A stretch of 64,000 nt of DNA from Antedon mediterranea (taxonomy: Eukaryota > Animalia > Echinodermata). The translations under genes and the position numbers were made by a program. This document shows positions 23,498-37,399 of this stretch, piece by piece. Each line of letters opens with the position of its first letter. The first letter of the stretch is position 1. The DNA is taken from assembly GCF_964355755.1 (NCBI RefSeq), contig NC_092678.1, forward strand, positions 19,051,365-19,115,364, given 5' to 3'. A model generated the notes under the pieces. It worked only from the letters and a program-made list of their open reading frames with translations, searched no databases and was not told the origin of the DNA.

Positions 23498-24850
23498 TAA
23501 AAAGTAGGCCTACACGTTTATTTAATGCTATATGAACTGATTCTGAACAAGTAGACCTATTGCGCATCTATATATAAATTTACGTAAGGGCAAACTTCGG
23601 TAAATTGCGCCTTACTTCTAGAATTTGTACTCGATGGTATATAAAGTTGGTTCGTACTTTCGGTACTGATTTTAACCACCTGATGTAACCCTGTTTACTA
23701 ATTAAATTAAGTTAGATAATTAGTTATTGACGATTAAAACGAATTTAGGTTCAACGATTTGCCCCAAATAGAGGTGTTTTCCGATCGTGGTATACACTGT
23801 CTAATGGATGTCCATCTTGAAAAATACCCGCCACAAAAATGCGAGGAGGCTTCGCATTTTCCTATCTCCTCCTACGATAATTGTTTTTAATAGCTGAAAA
23901 CCGGTTGAACAGCTAGAGTACACCATCATAATGTTGAAGACAGGCCGATTTTCTTAAAAAAATACTATTTTGATAGATTTAATATACGTTTATACAAATG
24001 TATTGATTTGCGATGAATGGAACATCCCAATCTCTCAGTCTGCCAGAGTTTGGTTTAACACAAGTAGGTAAATTTATGAGCCCCTGGTTTAACACATACG
24101 GTAGGTAAATATATGGGCCCTTTGAGAATAAACTTGCAATACTTTGACAATACTGTAAATACCTCATTTGAATCGAAAATTTCTTACTGTGAATGTTCGT
24201 ACTGTTAGATGTAATATAAAAATATATACAAATAAACTTTATTACTGAGATTGTGGATAGGCTGTACTGTTAGATATATAAACACATTATTATATACAAA
24301 TAAACTTTATATTATACTGACAGTTCCTTCTCAACGTTTGTATTAATTAATAATTACCAAAAATATAAACGTCGTAGTGGTGTATCGTGACATGTACTTT
24401 AATATTTCAATCGATTATGACAGTGACAGTTTTAACAAAGTATTATTTATTAAATCTCAAATGTTTTACTGTATTTAGAGGTATAGTATTTATAGGCCTA
24501 TAAAACAAGAACAAAATATTTCGTTACTGAGTTGATAAAGAATATATTTAAAAATTATTCCTCTTTGTACCTATCCGCTTTCCCATCCCTCAACCCTAAT
24601 GTTACATACAAAACACAAATTGGGTTTCTTTAAATGAGGCCAAATCAAAAATTTGGACTCATTTTGATAAGTTTCTCCTTCGGAAGTAATTCACAGGGTG
24701 CTAATTTTAGTTGACTACATAAATCATCGTGTCTATTTATTCGTTTCTGTAAACGACAATGTATTATAGTCCTGCGGTACGTACATTTGAAATCACCAGT
24801 TTTGCTACGCTGAAATTACTGTTTATTCGAGAACCATCTGTGGGCACGAC

Positions 24851-24888
24851 CTAGATGGTACGCGAGCGAAGCGAGCGTACCATCTAGT
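24851..24888 (+). mobile_element. Helitron-like 3' terminus (hairpin + CTAG|T)
   Basis: CTAGATGGTACGC-GAGCGAAGCGA-GCGTACCATCTAG-T. Confidence 0.55.
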
Positions 24889-25867
24889 ACATTAAATGAA
24901 GCTTTGAACTCAGAGTCCCAATTGCCGAAATAATTAATAATCATAAGGCGTTATTAATTCTTTCCATATATTTTTTAGGAATTTATGAATTAAAATACAT
25001 CATGATTTTACTTTTGTACGCGTCCGATTTGTCAGTTGGGTCTAGATTGCCTCCCATGTGGTTAGGATATAACATTCATCATCTCCTTGTACGTGTTCAT
25101 CCAACTTTCAAGTTTAGGCCTCGGTAGCATTTAGCATTAGTTCAATTCCCTTGCGGATAGTGGCTCAAATAGTTGATATTGTACTAGATAGTGACTCATG
25201 ACAAGGCACTAGGCTACTAAGTAATATCCATATTAATACATTAGAATAGTGGTCTGCACCTGGGTATTTTTCTTGAGTCATCACGATAAAAAAAAAATTG
25301 ACCCCAACAGTATCCGTCAAAATATTTAACTTATAAGCATCAAATTGTACAATTATTTCTAGTAATTCTAATACAAAAATTATTTAAAAACCGCTTCATC
25401 AAAAAAAAAAACACATGTCATTCTAACTGTTACGTAACCATAATTACTTTCTTTTGGGGTGGGGAGGGGGGTTGGGTGTGGGTGAGGGAGAGGGGGTGGG
25501 GGCTTAGGCCTACATATGTACAAATTTGAACTTCAAATCGTATAGGCCTAGACCTACTTTTAGAATATATAGGGTTTAGTGGGCCTCTACAACAAGGATA
25601 TGAGTTTGATTGAATGCTTTTTTACAGAGAGAGGTCATAATTGTCTAATGCATTATGTTGAGGTGACGCTATGAGTCTTACATACAAATAATGCTATAAC
25701 AAGGGCACCTACATTACATTGAACGTGCAATTAGTGCATATTTGAGCCAAAAATAAATTAGTTTCAATAAAGAAATTGCCATTGAAAAAGTTCAAGAACA
25801 AGTCGTTCGTTTAAAAGCTGCTTAAAAAAAGTTTATTGAGTATAATTATTATGCAAATTATACTCGT

Positions 25868-25938
25868 TAGCATATTATGTAAAATCCAGGGTAGCATTAT
25901 GTAAAATCCAGGGTTAGCATTATGTAAAATCCAGGGTA
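25868..25938. repeat. Three copies of TAGCATTATGTAAAATCCAGGG
   Basis: Directly visible 22-23 bp tandem repeat. Confidence 0.85.
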
Positions 25939-28799
25939 GAATTAAATAAGTTAAATAAATGGTACCTAGATTGAAATATATTATCACGTAGGCCTATGCC
26001 TACATAAAAAAATAAGGCAAAAGCCTTATAAAAAAAAGCTTTTTCATACAATCATTCTACTTTCTACGCTTAATAGCCTTATGTTTTATTTGTAAATTAA
26101 ACTAATGTTGAACGACTGAAACGGTTGAAAGAGACAGGTATGTGAGTTTAGGCCTAAATAAAGTTAAAAGCCAGAGCTCTTTCAGTATCTTCCTCTTAGG
26201 TTTCTCTTCTTTTTAACAAAACTTGGCTTCAAATGATGTGCACTTTATATTTTGCAGTATGCATTTCAGATTCGATATTTTTTCGAAATTTGAATTAGGA
26301 ATAACAAAAGAAAAATCTCACAGAAATAAAAAATTAAACATTATTTTATAAAGAATATTTCATTTATTTTTGCAAGACACTTTTAAAACAGTCACTAACG
26401 TACTTTTTATACGGGACTGTACTTTTCATGCATAAGCTACCATACAGATATTTCATTACGATGTTATGTCTACACTTTCAAAAGCAAAATAATAACAGTG
26501 GTTTAACCATACTACAATGTAGTTAAGTGTACAAGTAGGCCTATGCCTAAATAGATCATCATGTGCACTTCTGGACCTGTTCTTGTGTTGCGTCGCTAGT
26601 GAAGTGAAAACTAGCTTTGTTTTTGCATCTGCCATCTCAGTGGCAACACATTTTTAAAAGGTGGTAGGCTACAAGTGAGGATTTTCTAAGAAATCACATT
26701 CCCATTTACATGGCCTTACAACATATGCATTTACAGTAATACTTTGTTTAAGTTACATAACATTTTACATACAAATCATCAACCAGTGATAGTGTAAATT
26801 AAGTACAACCATCAATATTTCATTTCATTTGTATTTAATATTAATTTTTTATTTTACTGTACAATGCATTGTAATAATAATACGAATTGTAAAATAGGGA
26901 GATAGCGGTCCGCGGACGGGTCTATTATCAAATAGGGGTGCTAATTTCTAAATAAATGAGTCCTTTCTTTGGAGAGAGAGGGCTATTTTTGGTTTATCCA
27001 GGAAATTGGCACGCATATACTACAAACTCTACCGTAATTTAATAGCAATATATTGTTTCATATTTGAAAAAAGTAATTAAGTTATCAGGAAAAATGCAAA
27101 AATATTTGTAGGCCTACATCCTTTACCGAGTTTAGATAATGTAACAACAGTACTTAAATAAAAGCGAACTTAAAAAAGAGAAGGAAAAAATAATATAAGT
27201 TATGTCCCCACCATTCCTTGAATGGATATTATAGATCTATAAATTAAAAGTACTGTTAAGCTTAAACGAAAATAAAAAGTACCACCCTCACCACCCTCCG
27301 AAACAATAAACGACAACACATATAAACGAAATATGATATGTTTTTATCGGTGTATATTTAAGAAATTAACTATTTCAACTATTTAAAAAAAAATAATTTT
27401 CTACTGTATCTCCACTCTGTCTGAAAAGTACCATTGGGAGTTATTACTACAGATATTCGTAATTGAGGAAGTATTTAGTCACTTAGTATTTATTCAAATC
27501 GTATATATGCCCGTTATACCAACAGAAATTAGAAGACAAAAAATGATGTATTGTAAATTAATTATTGCCTATCAAACTAATATGGTTTTTTGTAGGTCAC
27601 ATGTGAATAAGTCTCAAGAAATTAGTATAGCTTTTTGGAGGTCGATTATGTGAGTAAGTCTCAAGTTATAGGAAAGAACCTAATCATTATTAATCACTAT
27701 TGCCGTATATTCCTCAATACTCTAGTTTGATTGCTCACGTATAAAGTTACAGTTAAATATTTTACATAATTTTATTTATTTATTTAATGAAAATGTAACG
27801 ACTAATTATACATTGTAAACGTAAATTAGTTTGTTAGTTTATTTTGTGCCTAATCTACCTGGATAAACCGATATAGGCCGTTTCCATTCTGAGGAGGGGT
27901 AACACCACCCTACACGACAATGGTTTCGCCCTTGAGCAGCGACTCGTATAGACATACATTCCTCACGATTTAAAACGTAAATTGGCTTAGTAATCCATGG
28001 TATAACATGGTAAATTAATGAATATAATATATTTTAAAAATTGTTTATATAATATATAGTAAAACAAATCTCTGATTTACAGCAATCAAATCTGATGTAA
28101 ACTATTTATACATAGCAAAACGAATATGTACCATATTTATTTTAAAATAACATTATTTTTAAAAATAAAATTTAATTGCATTTTCTGTATAGTTTAAACA
28201 ATATTCTGATTTACAGTTATATATGACTTTTTACATATTTACAAAATATATATATACAGCAATTTTAAACAAGGTGAATATTCTACAGAAATACAATTTT
28301 ATAGTTACTTACTGTATACATACTTTAGAATTATTAATCGTAGCATTAATGTTTGCTCATAACTTACTTGGATAAACAAAAAATGGCCTATTTTGTCTGA
28401 TGAGTTACGATTACAAAAATAAAACTACCCTATCTATAAATGGTATACACTGTCATAAATCGATTAACATATCAATGAAATGTAGTAACAGTAGTATATA
28501 ATAAAAAGGTTTGCATTCGATATGAGAGTGTTTGGGATCAGAAAGTATTACTGAATCTCATTGCTTATCTCAAAATCTATGACTCACAAACTCTTAGAGG
28601 GGACCTTGTTATTTTCCTTGATATATGATATAGTTCAAGAATGACCTAGCTTCAACTGACCTCAACCACTAAGAACATACATGATTCATGTTTGGGAACA
28701 TTTTTTAAACCATGAATGCTAGATAGTTTCTGTGAATATTGTATTTTTAATATTGCAACTTTCCAACTGTTTGGAGCTTAGTATTTTTATAATTGCAAA

Positions 28800-29450
28800 T
28801 TCTTTCTGTTTTAATAATAAAGATCCTCTGTTAACAATTATATCCTTGATAATTTAAATGTTAAGGCTCGACGATTTTCTATGTATTATTTTGGTCCCAA
28901 ACTTTGGACTTCACTCTCAAATGAACTTTAAACAGAAATCTTCCTTTTCTAGTTTTAAATCTGATTTAAAACACAAAATGGTGTCAGAATATGCTACATA
29001 ATTTTTCGCCGATCTTTTATCCTTATTTATTTGGTGGTGATACATGGCATTAAATCCTTCACCCTGGTATTCAATAATCTTCGCTACATTGTATCGTTAT
29101 ACTTGTTATTATACCATATTTAATTATATTTCATATTGTACTCTAATTGTTATCATTATCCCTTTTATCATTATATTATATAATTGCCTGGTTTATCTTA
29201 ACTTCTATAATTTAAATTTTTTATTTTTTTTTTTATTTTATGTACTTTCACTATTATATATTCATATTTTAGTCTACTGTAGCAATGTTAGTATACTCAT
29301 AGGCATACGGGAGTCACAACTTCAAGTTCAGTGAACTTACTGTGACTTCCATCTACCCACATTTAATATATGTTATGTAAATGTAAATGATATATATATA
29401 TATATATAAGTGAGTGGAAAAAAATAAATAAACGAATAAAAAAACGAAAA
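28800..29450 (+). mobile_element. CR1/L2-group LINE 3' fragment with 3' UTR and A-rich tail
   Basis: Reads KARRFSMYYFGPKLWTSLSNEL...FSSFKSDLK (GPKLWNxLP-like). The 3' UTR has a stem-loop GGAGTCACA...TGTGACTTCC and an AAATAAATAAA tail. Confidence 0.62.
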
Positions 29451-30973
29451 CAAGTTTAACAACTGCTTGTATAGCAATGATTATCCCATTGATACCAGCC
29501 TAGATATTATTGCACTGCCAAACAAGATCTATAATCGGGTGCTGCAGTAGTTTCGAACTTCAAGGTAGGCCAACTTTTGCAGAAAATCAGTTGGTGTCAC
29601 TCTTTTTAGAGATGGTTCCCAGCTAGAAATTACTATATATTGGAAAACATGGTATCATTTTATGCAAGATCTTGTTTTAATTTGTAACATGATGATATTT
29701 TTAATTGTAAATTGGTTTCAATGAAGTAACATAATTTTGCGTGTCATTGTCAAAATGAAAATATTGTCATTGTTGATGAACCTTTACCTTTCTTTCACTT
29801 TCTATCAATTATGACAAACTCATAAAACGTAACATATCCTGAATGTTGTATAAACATTCATTTGGAAATGTGCCAAAATAAAAGACAAAAGTTTTGAACA
29901 AGTAATGTGCCACCCTTAAACTTTCAATTTCAATGACAAACGTTTCACAATAATTTCCATTTCCTTCAAACTACAATATGCTTTACTCATTCAAACAGTA
30001 TAATTTGCATAATTTGCACATGATGAATTTTAATGAGCTATAAGCTAAGTGCCTGATCATAACCAAAAGTGTGTTCTTTGTTACTTCAAACGTTGTGATA
30101 AATATTACCATGATTAATTTAAGTTCTATTGCACATTTTTATATAATAATTAATATTCATTTTTTTTTATCATAAGAGTTTATGGCCTAAACAAAAAATT
30201 CTTTCTTCCAGTTATCTTGTTTTTTGTCTTTTTCAATAAACAATTTCAAAGAACGTAACTTGTGATTGACTTAAGGACAGAAATAATAAATTAATTAAAT
30301 AAATGAAAAAGATAATAATATAATTATAAACCAGTTCTTCAGGCTATTTGTTTTCTAAAAATAATTTTGGAACTATTTTGTGCCTAGCTTTGTGGACTAT
30401 CCCATTTCCAGATAGGGATATTTCAATTAAACATTTTTTTTGTTCTCTCACTTTTTGGGCTAATGTCAGTTTATCCAGCCATGTGGGACGCTTCCAACCC
30501 TACTGGTTGGTTTGTGAGATTTTCCTAGAAAGGCTTCAGCATTAGAAGGTATACAGAGTGCAAAGGGAATGAGCGTGTAAGGTGATTCTTTTTTGATATT
30601 ATGTTGTATTTGTCCTTTATGCATTCAAGGTATTAAGGTTTTTCAAAAATTAAATAATTTCAAACCAGGTCCAATGTGGTATTCTTTCAATTTTCCCTAC
30701 TATTTTCTGGACTAGCCAGCTAAAAAAAAAAATGTTTTTTACTCAAGAAATATGTTGCTTTATCATCTAGCATAGTATATTAATGTTATATGTACCAATA
30801 AAAGTTCTTTTTTTCCTGCCAAACTTATTCGTTTTTTGCTGGATAAATGGAAACTATTATATGGCACGCACAGTCTATTTCGTGCATAATTTCTAAGTCT
30901 CAAAGTAATCCTATGCTTAGAGTTGTTAGCGTTCTTCCAAACTTCTTCTTTTTTCTAGATAAATGGAAAAAAA

Positions 30974-31152
30974 TTATGATTTGGCATCAAATGGTTTGAG
31001 AACTTCAAAAACTGAGTGTAGAAGAGATGAATGGAGTAGGCTACTGTTACGTTGCTGTTCATTCCAAAGCATGTCTTCAATGCGGAAGCGGATTTTACTA
31101 AACCAGATATAGCAGGATCTGCATTCTTCTTTGTATTTTGTCTTGATAACTC
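30974..31152 (-). CDS. Minus-strand gene, coding exon 10 (last): end of katanin con80-like domain
   Basis: tatAG acceptor, phase 1. Encodes GVIKTKYKEECRSCYIWFSKIRFRIEDMLW...KPFDAKS*. Confidence 0.8.
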
Positions 31153-31321
31153 CTATAATATAAATAATATTAGTTAGTAGTGATGACACTTTTAAAATGT
31201 TTATTTCAAAGATCTATAATAAATTTTCTCTGATATTAGAATGTCTCTTCAATAACCTGCACTAATAAGTAATCACTGGTTTACAATACACACTTTAGAA
31301 AGAACAAAAGTATGTTTAGAA

Positions 31322-31502
31322 AGCTTGGTTCCCACTAGAACGTAACGCAAGGACGTAAACGCAACGCAAGCGTTTTAACCAATGACAAGCGAAGTTATAG
31401 ACAGTTAACAATCACAAGCGAATAAGCCATCGCTTGTGATTGGTCAATTCACTTGCGTTGCGTTACGTCCTTGTGTTGAGTCGCTAGTGGGAACCACGCT
31501 TA
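31322..31502. mobile_element. PIF/Harbinger-like MITE
   Basis: TIR AGCTTGGTTCCCACTAG / CTAGTGGGAACCACGCT with long internal arms (GCAACGCAAG / CTTGCGTTGC). Confidence 0.78.
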
Positions 31503-31688
31503 AGTAAAGATATACAGTGTTACTACTGTATAATTTGAGAGAAGTCGTGGAGAATAATGGTAAACTGTAATGGGTATATTACAAATAGATGTTAATTGGA
31601 CGAATAATTAATTTAGGCAGGTTGAATTAAAAAAAAAAAACACCAATGTAGATTGGCAACATTGCGAAGTACTAAAATGTTGTAGTAC

Positions 31689-31843
31689 CTTTATGATGGT
31701 TCTTTTCCACTTCTTTGCCATACTTTTTGACCAGCAGCTGCACCAGTTCTACAGCAGCATCTAAGATAGAGTTGCTGCAGATATCAAACAAACGGTCCAT
31801 CACAGGTAGAATTAATGCACTTAGTGATAATGTCCACTTTGCT
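31689..31843 (-). CDS. Minus-strand gene, coding exon 9: con80-like helices
   Basis: tttcAG acceptor and GT donor, phase 2 to 1. Encodes AKWTLSLSALILPVMDRLFDICSNSILDAAVELVQLLVKKYGKEVEKNHHK. Confidence 0.82.
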
Positions 31844-34800
31844 CTGAAATTACAAGGCGACACAATTTCATTTTACTTCGGCTAAAATATGTTTATGTTT
31901 AGAATAAAATCTGCCAATCAGTGTGACAATCGAGCTCCTAAAACAACTATTTAGAAATTGGTGTTCATCAAATGTATTTAGAAAATCACAAGAAAAAAAT
32001 TGAATAACTATAAAAAAAAATATATGAAATAAACAATTATAAAATAATTGTAAATAGCATATCCGTTTATTCAATGACGTAAACAATTACTTCCTAATCC
32101 TTGTCTCTATGAGTCCTTTCAACATTTTACAATATTCTCATGCATAAGTTTAAATCAATTTTTCCAGAACTCCGCATTTTTCCCCATTTATTTATGAATT
32201 TAAATAATACAATAAAGGTAAATCATTTTTTTTAAACATTTGCTGTTTACTTTTTGTATTATGTATTTGCAAATTTAGCTTCTATTTTTAGAATATTTTT
32301 GTGTGAACTAATAAAGAAAATTCATATATAATAGTAATTACATGAAGGAAATTATAATTGACATTATACATTAAAGTGAAAATCTATTAATTGGTAAACA
32401 CTAAAAACATAAATAATGTTCTAACAAAATTAATACTATTAACATTATTAGGTGAATATAACTTCTGTAAATGCTATTAAAGTTTTATCCGAAAGTGATA
32501 AGCTGCAGAAAAGGCTAATCCTTCATATAATCCTCTATCCTCCTTGTCCATTTACTAATCTCAAAGGACAGTCGGTTGATAAACAAACATCCTAGACAAA
32601 CTGGCACAATTCCACTTTATAACCTACATGTGACAAAGTTTCTCAGACTTTCGTCTCATTCCATTTGTTATGACTATATTCGATTTGTAATTTACCAATT
32701 TCTACAATGTTTATTGATTTATGAATAGTTTTAGTTATATTATTTATTTAAATTATGCAAATAAAGATTCAGAATGTAACGTGACAAATTGAAACAAAAA
32801 CAGCAAAGAGATGAAATGAAGTTTTAAAACTTAAAGTAAAATGAAACCTTTTTAGAATTCTTTCAAGGATGTTATACAATTACCTATGTTATGTTATACA
32901 TTCATTATTTGTTATATTAATTTATTTAAACTATGATAATAATAATAATATAAAGAAAGACATTTATTTTGTACCTAGAGTGGATACATACAATTCGTAG
33001 CATGGTTTCATTTTTAAATGGCAAAGAAAACAATCATGATGTTTAGTAACATTTTTCAGACAATTGAAGTACGTTTTTGAAGCAGTTGTGAAAAAAATTG
33101 TATTTTTCTTGTTACAAAAATAGTGAATTTGTGTTTAAAAACCTTCCCTAACCCGCAAGCATAAAAAGTCACCAATTAAAAAAAAATTAGAAAACAGAGA
33201 TTTGTTTGAGAGGTATGACATGGTACGAAAGAACACGTGGGGAAACATGCGACAGGTTTGATAATTAACACGCATCAACACTGTAGAGTCTTATATAGCT
33301 TTGAGGTATGAATTTCCTGTAGAGAAGTTTTGCCAAGAATTTGGTTTAAGTTCCGACAGTGCTTGACAAATTCTTTCAAAAAGTTTCCACACATAAAACA
33401 AAAATATTTTTTTATGTACAGTATTCTATTTATTTTAAGCTGCTTAACTCTTTACCCATGTTTTATGTATTCCAGTGTTTTATGTATGTACATAATCATA
33501 TCACAAATTACAATAATATACCATGTAACTGAGTATATTTCCCACTATGAGAATTAACAATCTGTATCCAGGGACCTAGCATACTTTAAAAGCTCTTCCT
33601 GATTTGAATAAACCAGATGAATAATTTTTCTAATACAAAAGAACAAATCTTGACAGCTGAAACAGGTTAAATGGCACTATAAAAAGTATAGATGGATTTT
33701 TTGTTGGAACGCTATCCAGTTTTCCTTGAGCAAGGTATAGCATTATAAGCATAAAGACGATATTATTGACTGACTTTTTTTTAATTAGCAAAAACAAGAA
33801 TCTTGCCTAAAATTTAGTTATTTGGAAACTTATATTTAGAAACTTATTAATTATATGAAGAAACCATGTTGAGAAAAAAAAATAATACCATGTCACTAGA
33901 GAAGGAAGAAAAGAAGGAAAAAAATAAGAAAAAAAAAACTTCACAAATTCTATGAGACAATGATTTCATTTGTTATTTTTCAAATTGCTATCATTTGTTA
34001 GGACGCCAATGGAAACTTATTCTTCTGTGTAAAAGAATTGTAATTTTTGTACAGAAAAGATTCAAAATAAAACAAAGGCACATTCAATGCGTGCCATTTA
34101 ATGGAACAGAGCAGGACCACATGTCTGAAATTACCAATGGGGCATAAATGAGTCATCCTCTGATATATGATATAATATAAGGAAACTATAATAGTAGGCC
34201 TACTGTATATGTCACATGATGCATGTTTTACACAACGCAACCACAAGTCAATGCTACAAACCAATGTCATGGCATCCTGTTACTTAATGGCATGACAACC
34301 TGCTTTTCTCGCAATATGTATTCTCACATATAAGACAATGTTGGAAGGCCATTTTAAAAAATAAAAGAGTTAGGATATTTTTTTTTTACACTCTTAATAT
34401 TACTCACTGATCCAGTGTAGATGAATTTGCAATAATGAATAATTATTATTCGTTAGTGGATACTTTCTGTATTTAACATATTATTTGTATACTTTTGATG
34501 GAAAGAGAGAAGGAATCTCAGTGTAGTTGTAAATGAAATAAAATGTTGTAAGATCCAATACTGATCCTAGGTACCAATTGATCAACTTATATGTTTCATG
34601 TTTCCATAATGCTGCTGCATGGCCACATGTATATATATATCATGAGTAAGTTGATCATGATCAACTTTCTGAATGTGAACAAGTTATTACCAATAACAAA
34701 TACCAATGTACAGTAGTTGACACTTTCAAGTATGTCATTTTAACAAATACAGTACTACATTTGTTTTAAGAGTAATTATGTACATGACAAGCATTTCATA

Positions 34801-37181
34801 TTAATCATCCTTACCAGAGCATCTACAAGTGGTTGTAATAACTATACTATACAACTGTGATATGAGTCACATTTAGAAGGGTTCAACGAGAGACAGCTGT
34901 AATCAAAGGCTCTCCTCATAAGAGATGGTGCCTGGTGGTGCTAAAGGGCATTTGATCATTTCAATTAACAATTGAACTTTAAACTAAAGCAAAATTCAGT
35001 AAGAAATGTTAATTTATAAGAAAATTCACCCTTGCACCACCCCTATATTTTGTTAAATCAAATCAAATTGTTATCATCAGTGTAAAGGTATGAAGTATTG
35101 CATATCGCTCGCACTACATTTGTATAAGATAATATCCTTTTTATAAAGCGCTTAATGTTGTGAAAGCTCTAAGCATACAGATACCCTTGTCGCTATCCAG
35201 GGTTTGGTCTAAATTGAACCCTGGTCAGTTTTGATCATTCTTGTTTCAGGCCCAAAATACAGTTGCTGTTTAGCAACGACATCACTGCAACTCCTATGCT
35301 GTTATATGATATCAGAAAAGTTTTTTCAAACAATTAATGTTCATATTTTTAGCAACAAATATTATGATGGTTATAATTCTTTATTTCAAATGCCCAGATG
35401 ATCAACTAGTTAATGCCACTAAACATTTGTTTGTAAAAAGAATTTCTTAGTTATGACTTGAAATTCATGGTTATTTAGTATCATAAACTACCAAGACATT
35501 TGGCAGATTAAATTAGATTAATTAAAGCTATCCCAAATGGTAGGAAGGGCTAGCCTTGTAGACAGAGGCCAACAAATAAACCCTGACAAAAACCAGTAAA
35601 ATTAAATTATAGAAAAGATGATTGAATTAAATAAGAATTCATGTTAGCACTCTCTGTAGGCTGTTATGGAACACATGAAGAACTTGACTGGAACTTTAAA
35701 TAGTTTGATAAAGAACACAGTCATACATGTAGGGTCGCAAATGCGTCATTCTCTTCAATTTTTATTTACAGACAGATCCAAGCAGGAGAGGTTTTGGAGG
35801 GGGATGTATCTGCAATGCAAAAGATAGACATCATTTAAACTATTTTTAACCTCCCAACTCTCCCGTATTTTGATTCATCTCTCAATCTAATTGATTGTTA
35901 ATTTAGTGTAACTTCTCCTGATAGTTTTGATAAACCAAAAAATATTCCACTTTCTACTATTTCTACTCTCTATTCTCTCTATTACTCTATAAAGAAAAAA
36001 AAATAGGCTAAATATTGGTCCACAAGATGTTTCTATGTATTGTTTAATAAGTTAAATAATGAGTTGGGCATCATATTTTCCGCCTTTGGCATATCTGACA
36101 TTTGTTCACTATTATGATTCCATTTATTTTTCTAAATAGTATAGTGTGATTTCCTAAAACCTCCCAAAATGTTATTTTTCCAAGTTGCGAGGTCTGTTAT
36201 TTCAAATCCTGGAAACGTGGCAGGCTGAAGGCGCTTGACCTTTGACAAGATCGCCTAAATTTTTAATATAATATTAACTTTACAATACTTAATGTTGTAT
36301 ATTCTGGTACAGCCGCTCCATAATCTCTTTGCTTTTCTTCCTTATATCTATATTTTTAATTTATACTAACAAATATTTTTTTATTAATGTAATAATAATA
36401 ATATATCAAAAATGTATTAAATAATATTCATCGCATAATATGCAATCTACGATAATTTAATTAATTGATATAACAAATTTATTAAATACATAACATCATT
36501 GGAATAAAAAGAACAAATCACATATCTACACATAATCATAACATCGTATACTCTATCTCTAACAATTCATTCAATCTTCTATCGACTAAAGCCGAAGTAT
36601 AGTCGTTATCTCGGGACCGTTCTATGGCCACCACCAGGTAGGCTTACTTCATCAAAGCTTCTATGAATGGATGTACTGGTTGGGAGCAGAAAAACTAGTA
36701 GACCATACCCAGTACCGTTTTGATTACGATCAATCGGGAAATTACCTCACAACGCTACTAAAACAAACTCATCAGAAAATAACAAAAAAGTGTAGAAAAC
36801 GGAAAATTTTACATATGAAAGGGAAATGTGAATAGACTGTAATACGTATGAAAAATTAAATGAATGAAGGTGGTTAACCACAAAAGAGAGAAAAAAAAAA
36901 TTCTTCAGCCTACACAAATGTCAAAATCAACTTGATCTCTGCTTTACTTACAGATATCTTGCAAGGTCTTCTAAAATTGTATTTAACTTTTATTATAACA
37001 TCCTTGCGCAATTTGCGGGAGGGTTTACGTAGGTCTAGGCTACTAAAAGTTTGTTAGATTTTTTCTGTCTTTCCAATATTGGTTAAAAACTTAATAGTGA
37101 CAGGAACCTTAATATCACTAAGTTAGCCAACATGAATGTATGAAAAAAAAAGAATTTAAAAAAAACAAGTAATATACTTAC

Positions 37182-37399
37182 TCATCAGAAGCAAAGACGC
37201 TTAGAATTCCACTAAAACCAAAAATATCTGTATCTGTGACCTTTTGAACACGTTTGCTTGCATCGTGTAAGTCGGTGAAGTAGAGACTTTTCGTTGAGGA
37301 CATTGAGTTTGCACGAACACGTTTGACAAGTTTGTCAAATGTCTCGATCGCTTCTACACAACGGTCGTTAACCCAAAGAGTACAAATATCATACACGGC
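37182..37399 (-). CDS. Minus-strand gene, coding exon 8
   Basis: ttttAG and GTAAGT sites, phase 0 to 2. Encodes AVYDICTLWVNDRCVEAIETFDKLVKR...FGFSGILSVFASD. Confidence 0.82.

Noticed and set aside
34815-35809. Additional exons of the minus-strand gene near 35809 and 34815-34930
   Set aside because: Splice-like sites exist, but the frames contain stops or do not restore phase. Exon 8 joins exon 9 in frame without them.
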